In this document: positions 19,292 through 28,251 of the stretch, in pieces
Position numbering within the stretch: the first letter of the stretch is position 1
How the letters are laid out: the number at the start of each line of letters is the position of its first letter
Assembly (NCBI GenBank): GCA_050949045.1
Contig: JBMNEZ010000001.1
Location: 1,216,001 to 1,280,000, forward strand
Direction of reading: 5' to 3'
DNA: 64,000 nucleotides
Origin: Candidatus Izemoplasmatales bacterium
Lineage (GTDB): Bacteria > Bacillota_I > Bacilli_A > Izemoplasmatales > Hujiaoplasmataceae
Program-made: the position numbers and the translations under genes
Notes under the pieces: generated by a model
Databases searched by the model: none
What the model was told of the DNA's origin: nothing
Seen by the model: the letters and a program-made list of their open reading frames with translations, nothing else

Positions 19292-20527
19292 TCAAATATG
19301 TTTTTTCAGAATCGACACCAGTCTTGGTATCTCCTCGCGGTTTAGCGAACTGACCGCGATGCGGACTAGACCCTCCATAGGAATAACAAAAACGTGTTCA
19401 TTCACCAGATCCTGAAAGATGTTCTGGTTAGCAGTTTCGACACTAATAAAGAAACCGCCTAGATACGGCAGGGCCTTCAATCCCTGTTTTTCAGCTTCCT
19501 TGACAAAAATAGCGCTGCGCTGATTAAGCATTTTTCTGGCTTCGACAAGTTCGTTTTGAAATTTTTCCATATAGATTTTGTCAGAGAAAATCTTGCCGAT
19601 GATGTTCATTCCCGGTTGGCTGACGCTTGAGAATCGGCCTCTTACCGAATAGTCGCCGACACGAATAAAATGATCAATAATTTCTTTGGTTTTGCTGAGC
19701 CCGATCTGGGCGCCGATCCGGAACCCGTATAAGGAAAAGGTTTTAGATCCGGAAAAAATAATAACGGCAAGAATCTCGGGATCGAGATTTAATAAAGGCA
19801 AAAACATGTCTCTTGATTTATCAAAGTCTTTTTCTTGATAATCAAAATACGCAATGTCTTGAATGAGGATCACCGGAATATTGGTTTTTGAAATTTCATT
19901 CAAGGCGGCGACAACTTCGTGCCAATTCTCTGTTGTCATGCACAATCCGGTGGGGTTGTTGCAGGGATCGTTGAGCAAAACACAAAGGCGTCCTTGTTCT
20001 TTTGCAAGCTTTCTGGCTTTTTCCTTGAAGTCGGCGATATTGAAGTGGTTGTTCTCATCATACATTTTAAATTTATCAAGATCAATACCGGCCTCGAAAG
20101 CTATGTTTTCATAGGGTGTCCAGTAACGATTGGGCAAAAGCACTTTTTGGCCAAAATCATTAAAATTGTAAAAAGTATTGCTTATAGCTCCGCTGCCGCC
20201 GGTGGTGGGAATCACCGAGTAATGAAATTGTTCGCGAAACTGATCGCTGTGTCTTCCAAATACCCAGTTAAATATTCCTTCGCTATAAGCTTTGGTTCCC
20301 CTGGCGGGCGCATAGTGGTAGATTTCCGCATCGCTAAGACCATGCAACAAATCATCGACCACTTGATATTTGAAGATTTTGCCTTCCTCATGGTAAAGCA
20401 TACCGACGGTGGCGTCAATAACATCGCTGTATTTCATCTTCATTGCTTTTGCTTCCTGCGATATTTGCAAGATATTAGAGTATAACTTTTTGTTTTTCGC
20501 ATGTCTGCCAACGATGTTGCTATGCAT
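19292..20527 (-). CDS. PLP-dependent aminotransferase class I/II
   Basis: TTGGSGAI, NDPCNNPTG, DIAY, SGSKTFSLYGFRIG (PLP lysine); start at MHSNIV. Confidence 0.9.
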   Translation of the reverse strand: MHSNIVGRHAKNKKLYSNILQISQEAKAMKMKYSDVIDATVGMLYHEEGKIFKYQVVDDLLHGLSDAEIYHYAPARGTKAYSEGIFNWVFGRHSDQFREQFHYSVIPTTGGSGAISNTFYNFNDFGQKVLLPNRYWTPYENIAFEAGIDLDKFKMYDENNHFNIADFKEKARKLAKEQGRLCVLLNDPCNNPTGLCMTTENWHEVVAALNEISKTNIPVILIQDIAYFDYQEKDFDKSRDMFLPLLNLDPEILAVIIFSGSKTFSLYGFRIGAQIGLSKTKEIIDHFIRVGDYSVRGRFSSVSQPGMNIIGKIFSDKIYMEKFQNELVEARKMLNQRSAIFVKEAEKQGLKALPYLGGFFISVETANQNIFQDLVNEHVFVIPMEGLVRIAVSSLNREEIPRLVSILKKHI

Positions 20528-20546
20528 TTTTCGCACCTTTTCTCCC

Positions 20547-21833
20547 TTATTTGAAATATTCATGCAAAACGATCGTTTGTTTCCGGTCAGGCCCAAAAGA
20601 AATAATCGCTATTTTTGTGTTGGTAATGGTTTCAATGGCTCGCAAATAGTTTACACAGTTTTGTGGCAAGTCTTCTGTTGTTTTTATATTCGTTAGGTCT
20701 TCCGTCCAACCCGGAAGGGTTTTGTATAATGGTTTGACGCGACAATAACGGTTATAATCAGCGGGAATGTGGGAAATGATCTCACCATCGAGTTCATAAG
20801 CATAGCATATTTTGACCTCAGAGATTCCCGACAGCACATCGAGCAACATTATCGACAGTCCGGTTATTCCGTTGATTTGTATAGCGTGGTTCAAAACGAC
20901 GCCATCGAGCCACCCGATCCTCCTGGGCCTACCGGTAGTGGTTCCATACTCACGTCCCCTTTCCCGAATGCCTCTTGCGACCTCGTTTTCAAATTCAGTC
21001 GGGAAACTTCCGTTGCCGACCCTGGTCGAATAGGCTTTGGTTACACCGACAACTTCAGCGATCGCTTGCGGTTTGATTCCTGCATTTTGCGGAACTGCGG
21101 CTGCGGAAGGGGAACTGCTTGTCACAAACGGATAGGTTCCATGGTCGAGACAAAGCATTGACCCTTGTGCACCCTCAAACAAGATTTTTTTATCTTCGTC
21201 GATAAGTTTGTTTAACAAAACCAACGTATCAGTAATATATTTTTTTAAATATAGTCCGTATTCATGATATTCTTCGGTAACTGCGTCAACGGAAAATTCG
21301 GTTTTTCCAAAAACTTTGAATACCGGATTGTGAAGCGAAAGGCTGACGCGGACTTTTTCCCTTAGTATGTCTTTATCAAGAAGATCGCCGATTCGAATCC
21401 CAAATCGTGAGGCTTTGTCCATATACGCGGGTCCGATGCCTTTTTTGGTGGTTCCGATCGCTTGATTTCCCCTGATCGACTCATAAAGCGCATCGAGCTC
21501 GAGATGATAGGGCATAACAACATGAGCTCTGTCTGACAGACAGAGTGTAAAATCAACAAAACCCTCGTTTGCGACGGTCTTGATTTCATCAATCAGCGCC
21601 TTGGGATTGACAACCATCCCATCAGCCATGATATTGATTGTTTTTTTGTTAAAGACGCCTGAAGGAAGTAAATGCAGAGCGTATTTTTTGTGTCCAAAAA
21701 GAATCGAATGTCCTGCGTTGTTTCCCCCTTGACTGCGAACGACGACTTCGGCTTTCCTAGCTAGGTAATCAGTTATTTTCCCTTTACCTTCATCGCCCCA
21801 TTGCGTTCCCACAACAACCACTGTTTTTGCCAA
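20547..21833 (-). CDS. purA: Adenylosuccinate synthetase
   Basis: QWGDEGKGK, QGGNNAGH, GTTKKGIGP, FEGAQG, EYGTTTGRPRR. Confidence 0.97.
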   Translation of the reverse strand: MAKTVVVVGTQWGDEGKGKITDYLARKAEVVVRSQGGNNAGHSILFGHKKYALHLLPSGVFNKKTINIMADGMVVNPKALIDEIKTVANEGFVDFTLCLSDRAHVVMPYHLELDALYESIRGNQAIGTTKKGIGPAYMDKASRFGIRIGDLLDKDILREKVRVSLSLHNPVFKVFGKTEFSVDAVTEEYHEYGLYLKKYITDTLVLLNKLIDEDKKILFEGAQGSMLCLDHGTYPFVTSSSPSAAAVPQNAGIKPQAIAEVVGVTKAYSTRVGNGSFPTEFENEVARGIRERGREYGTTTGRPRRIGWLDGVVLNHAIQINGITGLSIMLLDVLSGISEVKICYAYELDGEIISHIPADYNRYCRVKPLYKTLPGWTEDLTNIKTTEDLPQNCVNYLRAIETITNTKIAIISFGPDRKQTIVLHEYFK

Positions 21834-21959
21834 ATGAAATCCCTCCTGAAAGTGTTGTCATTATATCACAAGCAATTTATTTATAAGACTTAGAAATTTA
21901 ATGACCTCATACACAATATTTCGCAATAATAATTCAATGCCCTTTTTCGTCATAAAATC

Positions 21960-22135
21960 TATTGATTCCTTTTCGGTCAAACTCGATGATGGATGTCGTT
22001 TCCTTTGTCAATAAGCAATCCTTAGTATTCCGGCTTCTTAACCGACAATTCATAAGTACACATATATCCCGCTGGTTCGGCGCCAACGATAATGACATCA
22101 TATTGGTTCGTCGTAAAAATCTTCTCCAAAAACAT
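21960..22135 (-). pseudogene. 5' remnant of an NAD(P)/FAD-dependent oxidoreductase gene
   Basis: Translates MFLEKIFTTNQYDVIIVGAEPAGYMCTYELSVKKPEY*GLLIDKGNDIHHRV*P; Rossmann start with broken GxGxxG and stops at 22022-22024 and 21977-21979. Confidence 0.75.
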
Positions 22136-22178
22136 ATTAGATAATATCACCAAACAGGCCTAAAAGCAACTGTAACCC

Positions 22179-22209
22179 AAAAAGAAAAACAGAGTCGAAG
22201 ACTCTGTTT
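22179..22209 (-). terminator. Intrinsic terminator after dnaN
   Basis: AAACAGAGTC-3 nt-GACTCTGTTT stem with T-tract on minus strand. Confidence 0.8.
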
Positions 22210-22222
22210 GTGTGGTGCTTTC

Positions 22223-23347
22223 TTATTCGGTTCTTACCGGAAGAATCAGTTGAATCACTCCCTGATCTTCGTCCCCTTCAATTATGAATGGCCTTATCTC
22301 GCCTGTGAATTTGACATATACTTCTGTCGAATTGAAGGTTTTGAGAGCGTCCATGAAATATTTAGAACTAAAAGCGATTTTAAGTGGCATACCAACAACA
22401 TTGTCGACTGGATAAACTTTCTCCGTCACTTTTCCGAGTTCCGGAGAATTAGAGGTGATTTCGACGGTGTTGTCGCTTCTCAAATTGAGTTTGACAATGC
22501 TTGATGATCCTTCTTTGGAAGATAAAAGAGACGCTCTTTCGACAGCTGTATACAGTTTGTCTTTGTTAAATTTGATGATTACTGGAAATTCGTTCGGAAT
22601 CAATCTCGATGTTTCGGGAAAGTTTCCTTCAAGCAGTCTTGATTGAAACAAGATGTTTCCGTATTCGAACAGAATCGATTTATGATTTAAATGCACAAGA
22701 ATCTCGTCGAGATTGAGTTCCAAAACTTTGGACAATTCATCAAGGCTTCTTCCAGGAATAACAACATTCATATTATCCTGGTTTTTGGGGATGGTGATTA
22801 TCTTCTGGCTCAGCCTGAATGAATCGGTAGCGATAGCCTTAAGTTTTTCGCCTTCGACGTGGATGTTAACCCCAGTTAAAATCGGGCGATTTTCAATAGT
22901 TGATGTGGCGAATGTTGTTTGTTTGATGATTGCTTTCATGAGTTTTGAATCTAGTTTAATCGGCTCATCACTGATTGGAAATTCCAATTCAGGATAATTT
23001 TCGACATCAAGAAGATTGAGTGTCACATCGGATTCACCGGCAATGATTCTCAAAATGTTGTTGTCGATGACAGAGAATTCAACTTTGTCGCCTTCTAGTT
23101 TCCGCAGGATCTCGACAAAAAACTTCCCGGGAATCAAAATGTCTCCACCGGATTCGATATGCAAACTTTCGTCTTTGATCGAAATCTTGATTGAAATGTC
23201 AGAATTGCTGGTGATAAGAACGATTTCGTTTTGATAAGCTTCAAGTTTGATGCCTTGAAGATACGGAGCCGGAGTCTTTGTGGATAATGCTTTTTGAGAT
23301 ACGAGTAAATTATTTAACAGCACACTCGTCGAGATAGTGAAATTCAT
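22223..23347 (-). CDS. dnaN: DNA polymerase III beta sliding clamp
   Basis: RPILTG, ATDSFRLS, SRLLEGNFP, QLILPVR; GGAGG RBS; follows dnaA. Confidence 0.96.
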   Translation of the reverse strand: MNFTISTSVLLNNLLVSQKALSTKTPAPYLQGIKLEAYQNEIVLITSNSDISIKISIKDESLHIESGGDILIPGKFFVEILRKLEGDKVEFSVIDNNILRIIAGESDVTLNLLDVENYPELEFPISDEPIKLDSKLMKAIIKQTTFATSTIENRPILTGVNIHVEGEKLKAIATDSFRLSQKIITIPKNQDNMNVVIPGRSLDELSKVLELNLDEILVHLNHKSILFEYGNILFQSRLLEGNFPETSRLIPNEFPVIIKFNKDKLYTAVERASLLSSKEGSSSIVKLNLRSDNTVEITSNSPELGKVTEKVYPVDNVVGMPLKIAFSSKYFMDALKTFNSTEVYVKFTGEIRPFIIEGDEDQGVIQLILPVRTE

Positions 23348-23359
23348 AAGCAACCTCCG

Positions 23360-23550
23360 CAATGTATTATATTATATTAATTATTATTTTTTATATTATT
23401 GTTGTTATTGGTAATGTGGACGGCGGGGAAAAAAGACATAATTCAACAATTTATTATACCATATTTAGGGGGTTAAGTATAGATTATGAGACGTGAATAT
23501 AAGCAATTATTTATCTGTTTTTTCCACATTTAATCAATAATTTATCAACA
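23360..23550. promoter_or_regulatory. oriC unwinding segment between dnaA and dnaN
   Basis: AT-rich 23360-23400; degenerate tandem boxes 23415-23432; TTTTCCACA 23520-23528 and TTATCAACA 23542-23550 in the dnaA 3' end. Confidence 0.65.
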
Positions 23551-24887
23551 TCGCCTTTCTTGGCTTTATCGATCTGCAAATCGTTTGCTATTTGTTCAAT
23601 GCTGTAGATGACCGTCGAATGGTCACGATTATTAAATAGTTGGCCGATTTTCTTATAAGTAAGATCATACATATCTTTGAGAATATACATAGCAATTTGC
23701 CTTGGGAACACATACTGTTTCTGTCTTTTTTTTGACAAAAGATCAGAAGTTGATATTCCATAATAAGAGCTGACTATATCAAGAACGGTTGTATAATTGG
23801 TTTTCTCGATTGACTTATTGCTGATGTTTTTGGAGTTGATCAAATTTTTAAGGGCTTCTTCAGCGTTTTCGATCGTAAATTTATAGTCAAACGCAGTACA
23901 ATAAAACAATACTCTTTTCAAGGCCCCTTCCAACTCACGAACGTTGTTATCGAATATACTGGCTATATAATCAAGGATTTCTTCGGGAATCAACTCAGGA
24001 TCAGAAGTTTCTGCTTGTAGTTTCTTTTTGAGAATTAGAATACGGTGTTCCAGATTTGGACGGTTGATATCGACAGACAAACCCCATTCAAATCTAGAGG
24101 TAAGCCGGGACATGATATCATACAACTCAGAAGCGGGGCGATCTGAAGTAATGACAATTTGTTTGTTGTTTTCCTTGAGTTTTTCAAAAATCTTGAAAAA
24201 CTCGAGTTGCGACTGAGTTTTTCCTGAAAGAAACTGAATGTCATCAACAAGCAAAACATCCACATTTTCATATTTTTTGGAAAAATCGTCAAAAGTCTTT
24301 TTTTGAACTGCTTTCGCATAATCTTCGATAAATTGATCGGTTTTGGCATACAATACTTTTTTGTGAACGTTGTTTTCGAGAACGAAGTTGCCAACGCATT
24401 GCATCAAATGGGTCTTTCCTAGACCGACTTCTCCAAAAATATAAAGAGGGTTGGCGACAACTCCGGGCTGATCAGCGACCTTCATTGCTGAAGTATATGC
24501 CAGCCGGTTGCTTGAACCGACAACAAAATTGTCAAATGTATAGGAATTGTTCAACCCGGTTTTGTATTTGCTCTCAAGCCCAAGCTCAGGTTGGTTGATT
24601 TCGTAACTGCTGGTTTTTGCAAGCTCTTCGGCGGCTTGTTCTTTGGTAATGACTTTGAACATATGTTTCTCAGAGACTTCTTCATTAAGCATCGCGTTTA
24701 GCCGGTTAAGATAAAAAGACTCGATTTTGCTTTTGACAAAAGAGTTGGGAGCGACAAGGTACACATAATTATTGACAACCTTGAAAACATTGGTTATCTC
24801 GTTGAAATGTTCAAAAAAAACATCCTCGTCCAAGGTCAACTGCAATTGATATTTGATTTTATTCCAAAGTCGTTGATATTGTTCCAC
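23511..24887 (-). CDS. dnaA: Chromosomal replication initiator DnaA
   Basis: YTFDNFVVG, NPLYIFGEVGLGKTHL, LLVDDIQF, SRFEWGL, NVRELEGAL, RDHSTV; GTG start at 24887. Confidence 0.97.
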   Translation of the reverse strand: MEQYQRLWNKIKYQLQLTLDEDVFFEHFNEITNVFKVVNNYVYLVAPNSFVKSKIESFYLNRLNAMLNEEVSEKHMFKVITKEQAAEELAKTSSYEINQPELGLESKYKTGLNNSYTFDNFVVGSSNRLAYTSAMKVADQPGVVANPLYIFGEVGLGKTHLMQCVGNFVLENNVHKKVLYAKTDQFIEDYAKAVQKKTFDDFSKKYENVDVLLVDDIQFLSGKTQSQLEFFKIFEKLKENNKQIVITSDRPASELYDIMSRLTSRFEWGLSVDINRPNLEHRILILKKKLQAETSDPELIPEEILDYIASIFDNNVRELEGALKRVLFYCTAFDYKFTIENAEEALKNLINSKNISNKSIEKTNYTTVLDIVSSYYGISTSDLLSKKRQKQYVFPRQIAMYILKDMYDLTYKKIGQLFNNRDHSTVIYSIEQIANDLQIDKAKKGDVDKLLIKCGKNR

Positions 24888-24931
24888 GGCTTCTACCCCA
24901 CTATGTACATATAGAATATAACACAAGCAAA

Positions 24932-25090
24932 TGTGGATTTGACAACTATTTCTCCACAAAAAATGTGGAAAACTAACGGATGATAAAACAGATAGAAAGT
25001 ATAAATGTGGAAAACTACAGACACTTACAAAGCCTAAAAATAACGATTTATATGAGTTTTCCACATTTCCACAAGCCCTCTGTTTCCACA
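24932..25090. promoter_or_regulatory. DnaA-box cluster (oriC, upstream of dnaA)
   Basis: Seven TCCACA-core 9-mers starting at 24932(-), 24950(+), 24964(-), 25006(-), 25057(+), 25065(+), 25082(+); three are TTTTCCACA. Confidence 0.88.
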
Positions 25091-25181
25091 TTTTCATTAA
25101 CAAAAAAGCCAAAGAGACCGATTAAACATTTTTAGATAATAAAACAGATTTTTCGGGATTTTTGATCCAAAACATTAATTG

Positions 25182-25210
25182 TTGACAGAAAGCATAAAAT
25201 CTCTTATAAT
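25182..25210 (+). promoter_or_regulatory. Consensus SigA promoter of rpmH operon
   Basis: TTGACA (25182-25187), 17 nt, TATAAT (25205-25210). Confidence 0.9.
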
Positions 25211-25251
25211 GATGTAGCGCGGTTTTGGGAGTGTGTTTGGAGGTGTTGATG

Positions 25252-25395
25252 ATGAAAATGACATATCAGCCTAGTAAAACCAAAAGATCGAGAACTCATG
25301 GTTTCAGAGCGAGAATGGAAACAGCAAACGGCAGAAAAATACTAGCGAGAAGAAGAGCAAAAAACCGTAAGAGTTTGACCGTTTCTGATCGGTAA
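25252..25395 (+). CDS. rpmH: 50S ribosomal protein L34 (not in ORF track)
   Basis: [56 protein letters not shown]; divergent from dnaA. Confidence 0.97.
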   Translation: MKMTYQPSKTKRSRTHGFRARMETANGRKILARRRAKNRKSLTVSDR

Positions 25396-25488
25396 AACCA
25401 AATATAGAGAACGCCAAAAATATATTAGAACTTGAAATCACCGGAATAATATATCATGGTGATTTTTGTTTTATTAGGAGTTAAAGCG

Positions 25489-25824
25489 GTGAAAAAAGAG
25501 TATCGAATCAAAAAAAACAACGAAATCGAAACGCTGCTTTCCCAAAAAAAACAGGTTGGAAATAGTTCGTTTTCCGTGTACTACTCATTCAACCAGAAAG
25601 AGCCACATTTCCGATTTGCTATCAGTGTACCCAAGAAATATGGGACTGCAGTGGATAGAAACCGGATCAAAAGAAGAATCCGGGAAGTGATCAAAACGGC
25701 CAATATTAGGGAAGTTGTTGATTTTTTTATTATTGTGAAGATTCCCGCTAAACCCGCTAATTATGAAGATATCTATAAATCACTTACAAATTTATTCGCA
25801 CGTGCGAAAATAATAGAAGGATAA
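25489..25824 (+). CDS. rnpA: Ribonuclease P protein component
   Basis: RIKKNNE, RFAISVPKKYGTAVDRNRIKRRIRE; GTG start after AGGAG. Confidence 0.95.
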   Translation: MKKEYRIKKNNEIETLLSQKKQVGNSSFSVYYSFNQKEPHFRFAISVPKKYGTAVDRNRIKRRIREVIKTANIREVVDFFIIVKIPAKPANYEDIYKSLTNLFARAKIIEG

Positions 25825-25829
25825 GACAT

Positions 25830-26954
25830 ATGAAAAAGACAAAATTAATATTGGTAGTATTGGCATTTGCGCTTTTGTTTGGTGCTGCGGGATGCCGAGG
25901 CAAAAAAGGAGAGGTCTCTTATAAAAACTATTCAAGCATAGTTGTAAAAGAAGGCGATACTGCAGGAACAAATTATTACAATGTACTTATTTTGCTTGGA
26001 ACACCAACGTCATCTACCGGGCTAATTGAAGGGGCCCCTTTTGATTCGACAACCTATACAGGCATCATGCATTGGAATCTAAGCGATGAAGGCGTTAGTG
26101 TTACGGTCACCTTGACTGATAACCAAGTCACCGCGAAAGAACAAACAGGTTTATATGAAAGCGTGTATCGTACTCCTATCGGAGCAAGGACCGGTGTCTG
26201 GGAATGGATCATCAAACAAATCGGAGCCTTCACATTCCATGCCAGCAATCTCTTTGGACTCCTAGGAAACACTTATCTATACTGGCTGGGGTTATTGATT
26301 ATGACGCTTGTGATTCGAACCCTTGGTTGGCCGATCTATGCCAAAAGCAATGATATGACTTATAAAATGAACCTAGCTCAACCGGAACTCACAAAGATTC
26401 AAGAAAAGTATCGAGGCAGGACTGACCAAGCTTCTCAACAGCGAATGCAACTTGAAACGATGGAAGTCTACAAAAAATATAAAATCAATCTATTTGGGTG
26501 TCTGATGCCGTTGATGCAAATGCCGATCTTCATTGCCATGTATCAAGTTGTCCAGAGATTTCCGCTTACCGACACGGCGGTTTTCAGCGATCACGCCGTT
26601 ACGATGAACACCGTTTTCCTTTGGACCAATCTCGGGAATACCGCTTGGTTGCCAAACCTTCCTCTTGCAATCATTGTTGGAGGAACTATGTTTCTCAGTC
26701 AATGGCTCATGGCAAAAAGGCAAAAAAAACAACAAAAACAATATAACCGTTACGTTGATCCGAAAGTACAACAGAGCCAAAAAACAATGAAATTCATGAT
26801 GTACTTTATGATCTTGATGATGGCATACATCGCTATTGGCAATGCCGGTATCGCTTTCTATTGGATCATCGGCAACTGCTATCAATTACTTCAAAGTTAT
26901 ATCAGCCATAAACAAGCCGATAAACGTCAGGCGAAACTCAAAAAGCAATTTTAG
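25830..26954 (+). CDS. yidC: Membrane protein insertase YidC, lipoprotein type
   Basis: Lipobox AAGC, TLVIRTLGWP, QPELTKIQEKY, GCLMPLMQMPIF, FYWIIGN. Confidence 0.93.
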   Translation: MKKTKLILVVLAFALLFGAAGCRGKKGEVSYKNYSSIVVKEGDTAGTNYYNVLILLGTPTSSTGLIEGAPFDSTTYTGIMHWNLSDEGVSVTVTLTDNQVTAKEQTGLYESVYRTPIGARTGVWEWIIKQIGAFTFHASNLFGLLGNTYLYWLGLLIMTLVIRTLGWPIYAKSNDMTYKMNLAQPELTKIQEKYRGRTDQASQQRMQLETMEVYKKYKINLFGCLMPLMQMPIFIAMYQVVQRFPLTDTAVFSDHAVTMNTVFLWTNLGNTAWLPNLPLAIIVGGTMFLSQWLMAKRQKKQQKQYNRYVDPKVQQSQKTMKFMMYFMILMMAYIAIGNAGIAFYWIIGNCYQLLQSYISHKQADKRQAKLKKQF

Positions 26955-26973
26955 TATGTAAGGAGAAAAAATC

Positions 26974-27597
26974 ATGCAAAGATCAATTCAATTTGAAACC
27001 AAAACGATGAGCGAGTCAACGCTTAAATCGGCAGCTAATGAACTAAGAGTCAACAAAAAATTTGTCGAATTGAAAGTCATCGAAGAAAAGAAGAGCCTTC
27101 TTGGGTTGAACAAAACCTTTATTGTCGAAGCCTCTATCAAATTTGATCCACTCAAAGACGGCATTGATTATTTAAAAGCAATACTCACGGAAATGGAAAT
27201 CGAAGCGGTCATCGAAGCCCGAATTGAAGAAGAAAAACAACTAATCTTTCTTATTGATGCTAAAGACAACCCAATTTTGATTGGCAAAAACGGAAAGACA
27301 CTCGAAGCCATGCAGATATTAATCAAGAACTTCATCAATGTCTTTTCGGAAGAACCGTATCGGGTTCTTCTCGATGTCGGTGGGTATAAATCACAACGAA
27401 AAAAACAGCTGGAAATACTTGCCACAAAAACCGCGAAAGAAGTCGCAAAAACAAAAATCCCTGTCCGTCTTGGGAGAATGAACGCATATGAAAGGCGAGT
27501 TGTCCATACAAAACTGTCTGATTGGCGCGACGTGATTACCGAGTCTGAAGGCGAAGAGCCAAACCGTTGCGTTGTAATCAAACCTAAACAAAAGTAG
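26974..27597 (+). CDS. jag: Jag/KhpB RNA-binding protein (KH + R3H)
   Basis: LIGKNGKTLEAMQ, MNAYERRVVH, ESEGEEPNR. Confidence 0.92.
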   Translation: MQRSIQFETKTMSESTLKSAANELRVNKKFVELKVIEEKKSLLGLNKTFIVEASIKFDPLKDGIDYLKAILTEMEIEAVIEARIEEEKQLIFLIDAKDNPILIGKNGKTLEAMQILIKNFINVFSEEPYRVLLDVGGYKSQRKKQLEILATKTAKEVAKTKIPVRLGRMNAYERRVVHTKLSDWRDVITESEGEEPNRCVVIKPKQK

Positions 27598-27600
27598 ATT

Positions 27601-28152
27601 ATGGACAGGCTGATTGTTGGACTTGGCAATCCCGGAAAGAAATATGCCAAATCCAAGCACAACATTGGTTTTATGGTTTTGGATGCCTACGCCAAAATAA
27701 ACAAAACTAAATTTTCCAAAGAAACTAAATTTCAAGGCGAAACCGCCTTTATTGACAATACGATATTTTTGAAGCCAAAAACATTTATGAATCTTTCAGG
27801 CATATCAGTAAGAGCTGTCCAACAATTTTACCAGATTCCAATTGAGAATATTTTAGTTGTTTCAGATGATGTCGATTTGCCTTTTGGAAAAATCAGGTTA
27901 CGAGAAATAGGTGGGGCCGGAGGACATAACGGACTCAAATCGATCATCGAACAACTAGGATCAGACAGTTTCAAGCGACTTCGAATCGGCATTGATAAAA
28001 AATATGACCTCGATTTAAAAAAGCATGTTCTCAGCAAGATGACAAAAGCGGAAATGAAAATCATTGCGGATGTTATGATTACCACCGAAGCAATTATTGA
28101 ATCATTTGTAAAAGAAACACCTTTCTCTGAAATAATGAACCACTTCAATTGA
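27601..28152 (+). CDS. pth: Peptidyl-tRNA hydrolase
   Basis: LIVGLGNPG, HNIGF, KPKTFMNLSG, GGHNGLKS. Confidence 0.96.
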   Translation: MDRLIVGLGNPGKKYAKSKHNIGFMVLDAYAKINKTKFSKETKFQGETAFIDNTIFLKPKTFMNLSGISVRAVQQFYQIPIENILVVSDDVDLPFGKIRLREIGGAGGHNGLKSIIEQLGSDSFKRLRIGIDKKYDLDLKKHVLSKMTKAEMKIIADVMITTEAIIESFVKETPFSEIMNHFN

Positions 28153-28172
28153 AACCGCTCCGGCGGTTTTTT
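28151..28172 (+). terminator. Intrinsic terminator after pth
   Basis: AAACCGC-tccg-GCGGTTT plus T-tract. Confidence 0.75.
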
Positions 28173-28251
28173 GTTTCTGGGAAAGGAACGCTTTTTGGAA
28201 AAAGATGTGTGCTATAATTGTTATTGAATTCAGATAGAAAGGATCTTAAAT

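Noticed and set aside
21834..21960. Purine riboswitch or PurR box upstream of purA
   Set aside because: No aptamer core visible; the promoter lies too close to the RBS to leave room
21962..22144. 60-aa plus-strand ORF
   Set aside because: Antisense to the pseudogene remnant, which explains the region better
24932..25090. Short repeats resembling a CRISPR or iteron array
   Set aside because: 9-mers in both orientations with irregular spacing; these are DnaA boxes
24888..25112. 75-aa N-terminal extension of DnaA in the ORF track
   Set aside because: Runs through the DnaA-box cluster; GTG at 24887 gives a normal-length DnaA
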